Shown here piece by piece: positions 19,766 through 30,187 of a DNA stretch of 37,327 nucleotides; the stretch's first letter is position 1; every line of letters starts with the position of its first letter. Position numbers and translations under genes: made by a program. The DNA is from Nemertoderma westbladi. Taxonomy: Eukaryota > Animalia > Xenacoelomorpha. The stretch is from NCBI GenBank assembly GCA_032718475.1, contig JAUCBJ010004696.1, forward strand, positions 1-37,327, given 5' to 3'. The notes under the pieces were generated by a model. That model was not told where the DNA came from, searched no databases, and saw only the letters and a list, made by a program, of their open reading frames with translations.

Positions 19766-21673
19766 TATAGAATTATATTCTCTAAATGCCGTGGATTTTC
19801 AAAATTTCTATTTTATTCGGATTAACTTTGTAAAAGATTGCTTTGAGTTCTCATTCGTATTGGTTCTATCTATTGTACACCCATCGGTCAAGTGGTTCAG
19901 TAGCTCAGTCGGTAGAGCGTTGGAAATTATATGTGTAGTAGGTATCGAGTTCGAATCCTAGTAAATGCGAATTATTTTTTGTGCAGAATTTCAACTCATT
20001 TAAATTAACCGCTACAAATTAATTGCATTTGTCTGTACCAATGAGACTGTAGTTATTTGATTGTAACCAATGTCGTGCAAGTTATATATTAGCTGGACCA
20101 ATAGCTATCTTTAAAACCTTGTTAGAATCTATAGAACAATCGAGAATTTTCTCGATTGATTGCGGCACAAATTTGGTATAAAAAGGTGCGATTCGTTCAT
20201 TAGTTATCAATCTCAACCTTAGTTTACAGATTATATCTCTTGTTTATTCTGTCATTAGTATTCAGATTACATTTTGTATTATTTTCTGCAATAAATTCGG
20301 AAATACCGCTATCTGCTTTTCTTTTACTATGCTTCACCACGGTGAACCCAGCTAAGGGATAGGATGGCAGGCTAGAGATCGGGCCGCAGCAATGAACAGG
20401 AACATCACGGGAATGTAGACGAGAGACAACCCGCAATACCTTCTTGAGTTATTCGCCCATCGCCTGAAAGGTTAGACAGCGTTCGATCCTTGCTACCTAA
20501 GTGTAAGACCAAAGATCAAAAGGTAGACGTAGTGACACGCTGCAAGCCTAAAATTACATCATAGGGACTGTACTGTCTTGATTCAGGAAAACCCACAGTA
20601 GACCTTCACATTCCTACGGGGAGGGGAGAGAGAGCGCAGGCAGATACTAGTACGCAGATAGGACGTAGGCACACCGGTACAAGGCATACACATTGGTTAG
20701 GGTGCAGCAAACTGTACGCTTAACTCTTGCTAAGTACAGGTGCGTGTGCGACTATTTGCAGTACGACAGTGTCCATTGCATTAGAACTTGTAGGCTAGGG
20801 GGGTTGCTGTGTTTTCACCTGAATTGGGATTGTACCGTTCAGGCGGTAGGGCAGTTTACACTAGGCGCAAATAAATTGAGGCTATCAGGGATATACTAAC
20901 ATCTACCGTGTCCCCGCCAACGCCCTAATAGGAAGTTACCCGGACTACCTGGGTGACTAAAATTCTAGATAGGAGCCAGGATAGCTATTAGTACCCGTAC
21001 GCCTACAGTAGTAAACTAACACATCTCTTCTTAGTATCAGGGACCTGGTACCTAAAATTGCCGAATTCTGGGCGTAGTATTAACCTTATGCCTGAATTTT
21101 GAGTCCTGGAAATACGCAAGAGGGGAAGGAACCTTATCATTTGTGAGTATTGGACCTACAAGTTACAAAATTAGAATATTCGTAAAATGCACACCGTACC
21201 CAGTAATTATATATGAGAAGGAGCAAAACTGTTTTGACCGTTCAGAATTAACACACGCGCGTTAGAAATTATTTACACCTCGAAATATATAAAATTAACT
21301 TTCGTCCTTACTGTGCTTTGCCCGCTAGTTAGACATCTCCAAATCTCTGCCTGTACCTAGCTAGCGTCCCTTTGCCCAACCATATAAATCACACCGCGGC
21401 AAAGTATACGAGCCCCTTAGTCCGTCAGTGAGTCAGCCTGATTTTAGGATTCGCTGCGCGGGATTTGTTTTATCGAAGTTTGTCTGCTCGTAGACTGTTT
21501 TCTGCCTCACCGGTTATAAGAGATCGATACTGCAATATATTCGTTTACTTAGAGTTTACTGTTTTGGTGAGAAGGTCGGATTTATGATTTGATTTACAAA
21601 CTTTACAGTAGGATATTGCAGGTATTGTTACCGTCTCTTCCAATTAGTAGGAATAGGCGTATCTCTTCCAATA
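19766..21673 (+). repeat. 3' LTR of element A
   Basis: Copy of 4927-6834; only one difference noticed by eye (C6303 vs T21142). Confidence 0.96.
19894..19980 (+). ncRNA. tRNA-derived Pol III module, 3' LTR copy
   Basis: Identical to 5055-5141. Confidence 0.7.
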
Positions 21674-21848
21674 ATAATAATACTTATATATATATTATAA
21701 GTGTATACCGGTATTCTAATATTATATATATAGCGTTACATTGAGTAATGGTATCGGTAATTAATTAATAGGCTTACAGTTGATACTGAATTACTAGACT
21801 TGCTTTAACTGTCGTTATAGTAGTAGGCATTCAACTGTGCAATCAAAC

Positions 21849-22411
21849 ATGGCTGACACAAAGCAAACTCTGTCAGATAGTCTCCTAGAAAGAACAGTCT
21901 GCAACTCAGACAGGAGTGCAGAACATCTGAGACCAAAGTCCAAGTCCCCTCCTACTGTAAGAAAGGTCATCTTTTCAGTAGTAGTATCAGACCCTAGGCT
22001 AGTCAATCACCGTAGGTCTATTATAGGCACTCGGGCTCAAGTCAAGAGGGACCAAGAGGCAGCTGTTAAACAGCAGTACCAGCAACACCCGAACCGAGAA
22101 CTTATTTCTCAGCGGTCCGACAACTACAGTAGTTCAGACACTGTAGAGTCTACATCCGAGATCGGAGCAAGGATGGCAGAAGTGGTTTATCCGGATCCAC
22201 TTCTAATTCATCCTGGTGCTGTACTCACTAGAGTATTGATCGCTGTGGAAGAACATCAAATCGATTGGGCAAGAAGTAAGCGATCTACCAAGGACAGTTA
22301 TGCGGGATACACAATGGAGGAACTGAAGTCTATTGTTGAGACACAATGGAACTTCCCCAGACCTGGACTCCTGTTTAACTTATTGGAAGCTGCCTGGGAG
22401 GACTTATATAG
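21849..22411 (+). CDS. Unidentified ORF, truncated by the minus-strand LTR; probably TE-derived
   Basis: ATG in good context (AACATGG); about 187 codons of balanced composition after AT-rich DNA; reads into the LTR at 22412. No motif recognised. Confidence 0.45.
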
Positions 22412-22724
22412 TGTGACGGGATCCCAGTTTATCCGGTTTTCAATCTACGCGTCCCCGCCGTGTGTGAAAGGTGAAAGAGTTTATTGATCGTTGTATGTAG
22501 TTCTCCGGGTAAAATAGTATAGATATAAATATAGATGACACAGAATTTATAATATGATGTTGATAGTAAACGGAAGACGGGTGACGGTGATTAAAGTCCC
22601 GGTACTTCCCTAGCTAAACTAACATAACTATACACTGACTAAATGACACACTGACTAAATGATACACTGACTAAATGATTGCTGTACTGATAATATATAT
22701 ATTGCACGGATGGCCGTTGTTACA
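22412..22724 (-). repeat. Probable 3' LTR of element C (313 bp)
   Basis: Minus strand begins TGTAAC and ends GTCACA, contains AATAAA, is preceded by a GGGGGGAAGG tract, and has three ACACTGACTAAATG repeats. No second copy in the window. Confidence 0.65.
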
Positions 22725-23984
22725 TTACTCAGCCGGTGCCTTCCCCCCATTGGCTAATAACCCTGTTGTCGCCCTTTCACCTCCCCTGAAGTGCTTCCCT
22801 TTGCCCCTGCTATTCTCTCTCTCTCAGGGGTGTAACCCCTGACCTCTATTGTGCGTATGTTTCTCCCTCCCACTTTGTTGGGGTGACACGAGGTTGATTG
22901 ATCACACTCGTGTTCCCCAATATTTCCTAAAACCTCACTTTATGGGTTGGTTAGCGGAATTGGATAAGCTAACACTCCCCCCCATGCTATCTTCCCGGTG
23001 AGAAGATAGCATCCACCTCTAGTGCGCTACAATTCCGCTGGATCCCAATCTAGTATCGGGTGTGGGGTGGGTCTATATTCTTGGAGTCGTCTTTCCAGGC
23101 TGCTCCCTATGGGTATGATAATGCTACCCCATCTTGGTACAACTCTAGCTATCTTGTACCAAGACATGTGGCGTCCTGTGTTGGGCCGATCGTGCGCTTC
23201 TCTCACACAATTTTTGTTTCCCCAACACTTTTGCCCTAACTCTCCTCCACACTCACCCTAACTCTCACACTCTCGGACCTCCTCGTCCCTCACTCCGCCT
23301 CTTACTTCTCCCCCCCCCCACACTTGAATTGCGCCCACACTCACTTCACACTCCGAACTCCACGCTCTATTACTCATATCTCGCCCTATCTACCCTCTCA
23401 TTCCTGACGAGCCTCACCCCCCTTTTTGTGCCATCGCACTCAAGAAGTATGATGTCGTCAGCGTCTCATCCGTGACTTACAGTACCATGGTCGATTAGAC
23501 CCCAGTCCCAGTAGCTAATTGGAAAAGGTTGTGCTTGACTACGGTACGTACTTTATAATATACATACATGGTTCACTTATATAATTATTATAAGGCTATT
23601 ATTATCATATATTATATTACATGCTCATCTACATAACGCGCCTCATTCTCTCTCGGCCTTTCTCCCCTGGCGACTTCTTCCAGTCGCTTCTCCCCAAATC
23701 TATCCACTTCCAGCCTCCCCCATGTGATGTCTATCCACCTCCCTGTCTACTAGATGCCGGCCGTTGTATTACACCGACTCGCCCTTCAGCCCCAGGTGGT
23801 CTAGCAGACCTTCGAAGGCCATCTTGAAGGCTCTTCTGTAGTTTGGAGGTGATTCTAATATCCTTAATTTTTATTTTTAAATTTTGTGCTATTAACCCTA
23901 CCTACCTTTCTGGCTGCTATTTCTATGATATATTGTGCTCTCTTATCTCTTACTATATACTATATTTTATATCCCCCTATCACT

Positions 23985-24545
23985 AATCCTTACTACTAAC
24001 GGTACTCTATGCACCCTCTTACTAAATAGTTCTATAACTAACTACTACTCTTTTTAGCCAGTACTACGTACTCTCTTACTAACTTCCAACTCTACTCTTA
24101 CTAACCGGTACTACGTACCCTCTCACTAACTCCTCTAACTCCACTCTTACTAACTAACGGTACTACATACCCTCTTACTAACTCCTCTAACTCCACTCTT
24201 ACTAACTAACGGTTCTACATACCCTCTTACTAACCTCTAACTCTCTCTACTAACTAACGGTACTACGTACCCTCTTACTAACTCCTCTAACTCTCTCTAC
24301 TAACTAACGGTACTATGTACCCTCTTACTAACTCTAACTAACTAATGGTACTACGTACCCTCTTACTAACTCTTACTAACTAACGGTACTACGTACCCTC
24401 TTACTAACTCTAACTAACTAACGGTACTACGTACCCTCTTACTAACTCTAACTAACTAACGGTACTATGTACCCTCTTACTAACTTCTCTAACACTCCTA
24501 ACTAACGGTACTACGTACCCTCTTACTAACTAACTTCTACCTACT
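23985..24545. repeat. Minisatellite of 35-50-bp units (ACTAACTAACGGTACTACGTACCCTCTT...)
   Basis: Roughly a dozen imperfect copies visible. Confidence 0.92.
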
Positions 24546-24676
24546 TACTGCATACTTATTATGTACTATTATTTTTATTTTTATTTTCTTTATTTTTTGT
24601 GGGAGGGGCGTCTCACCCTCAATCCCACCCCCCTCAGTCCAAAACTTGGACGACTAAACTCCTCTCTCACTCTGCT

Positions 24677-25030
24677 CTAAGGTGCTCCCTCTAGTAGACA
24701 GCACTTCCCTACAGCCCTTCTGTAGGTCTTCCTGTCTTTCGCACCTATCTTGCCACCTATCCGTACTTCTACCGATCGGACTCTTCCGTCCTCATCGGAT
24801 TAAGTGCCTACAACTCTCGCCAACCGCCACTGGTTGTTGATGATAGTATCATCCGTGACGATCACGAAATCACCCTCCCTTAACTCTCTGTTCGTCTTCC
24901 TCCACTTGCTTCTTCTGTGGAGCGTGGGTAGGTATTCCTCAACCCACCTCCTCCAATACTCTGCGCTTATTGCCTTAGCAACTTTCCAACTCTGGCGGGA
25001 GTGTATGTCATCTGGGTCTATACCCCGCAT
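24677..25030 (-). pseudogene. BEL/Pao integrase C-terminal domain remnant
   Basis: YWRRWVEEYLPTLHRRSKW...LREGDFVIV...WRLARVVGT*SDEDGRVRSVEVR...CCLLEGAP*; internal stop at 24800-24802. Confidence 0.9.
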
Positions 25031-27841
25031 ATCGATACCATTCTATTGGATATCCCACGATCAAACCGAACCTAAGGAGATGACACCCGAGCTCTTCGAT
25101 AGTATCACCTTTGCTCAGCGTTTGTCGCAGAGACTACAGATACCTCATGTTGAGATGATGCGAGAACCGAGTCAGCTGAGTTGCGTAAAACAATAGTTCA
25201 AAAAATCGTACGCAACGTGCCTCCACATATTACGGACTTTAAGGAAGTGGATCGCGCGGGGACGAATATCGCACCTTGTATCTTGCGAGGATATCTGACG
25301 AAAACGATTCGATTATGGATCGGAGTTGGAACGTTTGAGACCTACACCGATATCGCGACCAATTGGACCAGTAAACCTATTAGTTTTGATGATGAAAAGT
25401 CAATTGGGAGAATTTGGAACCCTACCGATGATTTACTCGACGATTGGGACGTGACTAGCCGATCTCTAAAGGAGAATGGTTATATGTTTTACGACAATGA
25501 AGGAGGAAGCCATCAGCAAAGCCTCACTTCGAAAACTATACAGATTAGAGCACCAGATGGCGTGTTACATGTCTTCAGCCGACAGAGGAGTGATAGAAAG
25601 ATGCCTATGCCGGAAGGAACGACGCAAAGACACGCGATGATAAAACAGATAGTTAAATCCATGGACCTGGCTTGTAGCATAGAAGCTAGGATTTTGCCAA
25701 AGGCCGTGCGAGATGTTGTGTTGGACAAGAGCATCGTCAAGATCGGATCCGGTGTACGGGATGACCTTATTAGCGATTTTGCGGGAATGCCCACGGAAGA
25801 GGATCGATTGCCTATGCCATATGTGGATACTAGACCATTGTTGCTTTGGGCTATTGAGCAAGGATATTTTAGGGAGTATAACACGCTAAAAACTGGGACG
25901 GGTTATATATCATATCTAATGTTCAGTTGGAATCATAAGGAGAGTAAGAGGAGCAAATACACGGACGTATACGGAGAGGGAGATACCCCCGGCGTAAACG
26001 AGTTCGAGTCACAGTTGAAGTGGCGAGGTTGCGTGTATTGGGCGATTACTTCACCTCCACAAATAATCTTGCAATACTATTTAGCGATAGAATCTTCAGT
26101 CAACATTTCTTTCATCGCAGATGTAGTATCTAGAACCCTAAAGCGACATCCGTTATGTCTCGGTGACGGATATACCTTTTACGACGGAGGAAGGACGCAT
26201 ACTGATGTATTCCGACGATTTCTCCAACCCTTTTATAACACTGATGCGCACTGCGAAGTTTTCACGCGAGCGGGACTTAGCTTTTTTTTTTAGCGGGACG
26301 TCTATCTCACTCACGCGGGAAGCCTAGTCGACAGACCGTCGATGTTAACGTTAGTACCCTATGACGGGGAACGCCACGCGGAATTCAAAGGCCCGGAAGG
26401 ATCCTGGAAGGCACGCGAGCCTACCGCCCATCATGACGATGTGGATCCGACCGAGTTTGCGATGATAGACGAACCGTTGCGGCAACTCATAGAGATAGAG
26501 GAGAACCTTCCGAGGAAGACGCGAACTGAGATACGCGAGTTGTGGAAAAGCGATGCCATGGTTTGTGTACAACCTACGGAGACGAACATACCGAGTGACC
26601 CGGATGATGAGAATTATCACGTGGACGGTAGCGCTCGCCCCATTGGAGATCTCATCTATGAGCGAGTTTGGTACCCTGCCAAAACTATTTGTGGCAGATG
26701 CGGGGCAACTGGCCACCACGCAAAGAAATGCGGAGCAAAGCACATATCTCTACCGGAGTTGGTATGTAACTGGTGCGGGGATCAACGTTCGCACACTTTC
26801 TACACTTGCTGGCGTTTCGTTTGCTGGCACGTATTGTAATATTAAGGGCCATAGGGCATCCGAATGTCAACTTAGAGACGTTCCCTATGAGCACATGTCA
26901 GTTAAAATCGTTCGACAGCTATTCGACCATTGGGAGGATCTAGCAGACAAGCATGTATCGACGCAGCAACGCCGTTTCCCTATGAGAGCACATTTGGGAT
27001 TTTGGGCCGTAAACCCTCTCATAATGTCGAAGGAAGGATACGTATCGGCTATGCCTCAGTATGATGAATTGTTGGAGGTGCTGGATATATTGCCTTTGGA
27101 TAGCGGATTTAAGGTTGTGCGGGACTACTTTCTGTAGGTACACCCCGACAACAAGAATACTTGGAACTTTCAAACTGTGGTGAACAAGATTACCGCCGGG
27201 GAATTCGACAAATTGCGAGTTGAACAGCGGAATCGAGGAGCCTAGCATTCGATAGCTTGGGCATACCGGAGCGCATTTTATCCCAAACGCGTAACCTCGT
27301 GTATTCTAGACAAGACCGATGTTTTGCGTGAGACTGGCTTCAAGGCCACGCCGTTAGCAGAGAAGACTCGTCACCCACAGGATGATCAGCAATTTCGTAT
27401 ACTCAAAGCCCAAAAGGCCGGACAAGAGATAAAGAAGGTAGTAAATGTCGCCGAGAGGATGACATCGAAATCGCAAATCCGGATGACTCGGGGCACGGTT
27501 TCCCTTGCTAGAGAACCACGCGGAGGGACAGGTTACGCTTTGCCGGAACCCATTAGGATTCAAACTACGTCAGAGAGCGAGGTGTCAGCGGACGGAACAG
27601 TCCCACCTTTTCGACTTCCTCCCAGCGTTGTAGAGACTTGATCCGATGTTAAGTCAACGATTGGAATCGGACGAGGATTTAGAGGATTGAGCGCACGACG
27701 GATGTGCGAAACTCCCGTGTCCCATTTCCTAGCGTTTTGGAACCACCGACAACTCGACGCCAAAGTCCGAGCCCAGTTCGACCTCGACCACCACCCAATC
27801 GCACTAGAGAACGTGGACGAGCCCGCTCAGCGAAGGAATAG
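25031..27841 (+). pseudogene. Accessory ORF3 of element B: WRN/DEDDy-like 3'-5' exonuclease-fold domain, three CCHC knuckles and basic tail; multiple frameshifts and stops
   Basis: TIQIRAPDG.LHVF, LPKAVRDVVLDKSIVKIGSGVRDDL, YVDT and YYLAIES follow the motif order of WRN-like exonucleases. GSARPIGDLIYERVWYPA and RRFPMRAHLGFWAVNP are identical to element A. Ends ...RGRARSAKE* at 27841. Confidence 0.75.
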
Positions 27842-27876
27842 GAAAGCGAGAAGAAGGAAGGCTTGCGAGCCTACCG

Positions 27877-27975
27877 ATTTGGATATTTATATTTGGATAT
27901 TTTATTTGGATGTTATATTGGATATTTATATTGGATATTTTATTTGGATATTATATTTGGGTATTTATATTGGAC
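27877..27975. repeat. Short tandem repeats ATTTGGATATTT(A/T)T
   Basis: About seven copies visible. Confidence 0.8.
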
Positions 27976-28476
27976 ATAATGTACGAATGTTGGGTTTGGA
28001 AGAGCGAGATAGAGAAGGAAGACTTGCGAGCCTACCGTTAGCAATTAGTGCTCAGGAGAAGATATCCAGACCAGCAGGACGCACTTTTCAGATTGTCAGG
28101 AGGACACTTTAAGACTCATTTGAAAGTTATTAGTGCCTTATGTTTATTTTATATTTGAACTGATTTAATTTAGTGAAAGTTTATTATGTATATTTACAAT
28201 ATATAAAGATTTATCAAAAGAGATTGAAATTATTTGTTTGATTTGTTCTAATTTGTTTTGATCTAATTTGTTTAATTTGCTTACCTTGATAACCGAAAGC
28301 CCCTTTTGTATTTTATGCACTAAAGTTAATTGGTAAATTTATATTATGTAATTTCCTGTTGAATTGCTACTGCTGTAAGCATAAAACTGCTGTGCTAATA
28401 CTGCTGTACTAATACTGCTGTACCTACAACTGAATACTGCTGTACTGATTATGCATACTGAAATCTTATGTAAATT

Positions 28477-30170
28477 ATGGCAGGGCGATGCGCAGACTGC
28501 GGCTTTACCCCGCCCGCCTAATCGCCTGCTCTCTCCACCTATGACGGCAGGGTCCTCTGCCCCAGCTGTTCGTTAAAACGAGGAAGTTCGCTGGCACCTG
28601 TTTCGGTGCCTTCCACCGGGTCCACCTTAACGGGTGAAGACGAGACGTCCATTGATCTGGATAATACTACTGGTATCGGCGAGGACTCTTTCCTTGGCGA
28701 AATTTGCAGTTCAAGTGGTGCTGTTATTTCTGGCGTTTCGCCGGATAATGGTCGACGACTTGTACGCAATGAGTTACTTAGCTTTATGCAATATGGTGTC
28801 TCCACTCTTGACAAACTCTCGCTGTGCTCCTTAATCACCAGCTTTTATACTCTAGACGAGATTGTAGTGGCAAAGAAACTTCTGTTCACTGAAGCCGAGA
28901 ATGCTGCTCTTCCGGATCGACCTCTACCTGCATGGATTGGTCGCATTGGTGCCAAAAAGAAGAAATCCCACGTCGAGGATATGTTTTCTCTCTTCCAGGA
29001 AAGTGCCTTTGCTGATGCCCCAGTGCGTCCTTGTTTTTTGCGCTAAACCCCTCCCGTTTACCGCCGATTGATCGTAACTCTGTTAGAGAAATGGTTAATT
29101 CTGAAAAACTTCAAGAGTTGCGTAAAATGATCTCTGATTTACAGTCTGCTGTTTCTTCTCACAGTGTAACCCTTAATAATGTGGTGCTTCACAAGGATAT
29201 CCATGGTTTAATCCGGGAAACATCAGCCACTGTTCCAGGTGGACTTGTGCGCCCAATCGACGCAAATATTCGGGATGATAACGATTTTGTTGTCTTAAAT
29301 CGTTTGGAGTCATCGCCACCCAACACGTCTACTACTAACTCCAGGGCTAACACCCCGGTGTACTTGCTTTCTGATGTTGCAACGCCCGCTGTAAGGTCTA
29401 CTGGCTGTGGGACATCTTCTACGATTTATACAGTTCCGGTTTCCCAAGCGGCGCTACCTGAGTTTCGAGAGTTTAACACGGAGACCTATGCGGACGTCAT
29501 TGGTAGTCTACCACCCGGAGGATACCCCCGTTGACCACAATCCGGCAGTTATATTCGACCATCTTCCGGGAGTCACACCCGACCCCCATCCGAAATTTCC
29601 ACCCGACCTCCTCCCGGGAGTTACCCGCGAGCCCCACCCGGGAGTTATCCGTGACCCCCACACAGGAGTTACCTGCGAGCCCCATCTGGGAGTTACCCGC
29701 GACCCCCACCCGGGAGCTATCCTCGATCATTGGTCCCGCAGGGCCCTGCTCATGGTTCAAATGTGGATCTTACCACTGAGTTCCAAAACGGTTCCGAGGA
29801 TGGTTACAAGGTTGTTACTCGACGGAGACGCACCCGCCGATTTGGTGTAGGATCGGGAAGCTTTCCGAATAGCTCGATAACGGTTGTACAGAGACCGAGA
29901 GTCCCTACTCGCATTTTCGCATCCCGGTTTGGACTCGCTACGACTTTGGATATGATCTCAAATTTTTTGCTTCGGGAGCATGAAATCTCAGTGGACTCAA
30001 TAATCGACAACCCTGATGTAAGTGAGTCTCGCACCTACACCTCGTTTATCATCACCTGCAGGTCGGAGGAGGATGTTCCTAGACCCTGCAAGTTGGCCGG
30101 AGGGTACCTTGGTGAAGAAATATTTCTCACCTTCAGGTTCAACAGCGGGTCGCATCAATGCTACTGAAGT
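28477..30170 (+). pseudogene. LINE ORF1 (N-terminal CxxC...CxxC, helical domain, C-terminal RRM-like region), disrupted
   Basis: MAGRCADCGFTPPA*...VLCPSC is in frame with the ORF at 28606; VRNELLSF...FYTLDEIVVAKKLLF; RIFASRF...YTSFIIT. Several frameshifts. Confidence 0.75.
29510..29722 (+). repeat. 24-bp tandem repeats in LINE ORF1
   Basis: About nine CCACCCGGGAGTTACCCGCGACCC-like units. Confidence 0.85.
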
Positions 30171-30187
30171 TCCGTCCCGAAATCCTG

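Larger units (their letters stand above)
4927..21673 (+). mobile_element. Full-length BEL/Pao LTR retrotransposon (element A), 16747 bp
   Basis: Direct repeats 4927-6834 and 19766-21673 (offset 14839). TSD ATAAT at 4922-4926 and 21674-21678. Gag with three Cys/His motifs, then PR-RT-RH-IN order, with Pao-type motifs (YVDD, LELHCFSDAS, NPADIASRG, GGVWERLI). Confidence 0.97.
22412..25030 (-). mobile_element. 3' fragment of a different BEL/Pao element (element C): integrase tail, long 3' UTR and short LTR
   Basis: Minus-strand Pao integrase C-terminus followed downstream by a TG...CA-bounded segment. Confidence 0.8.

Noticed and set aside
23985-24545. CRISPR array
   Set aside because: No unique spacers, no cas genes, and a eukaryotic TE context.
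28479-28590. HDV-like ribozyme at the LINE 5' end
   Set aside because: The GC-rich stretch is better explained as the start of ORF1 (CxxC...CxxC); no nested double pseudoknot could be built.
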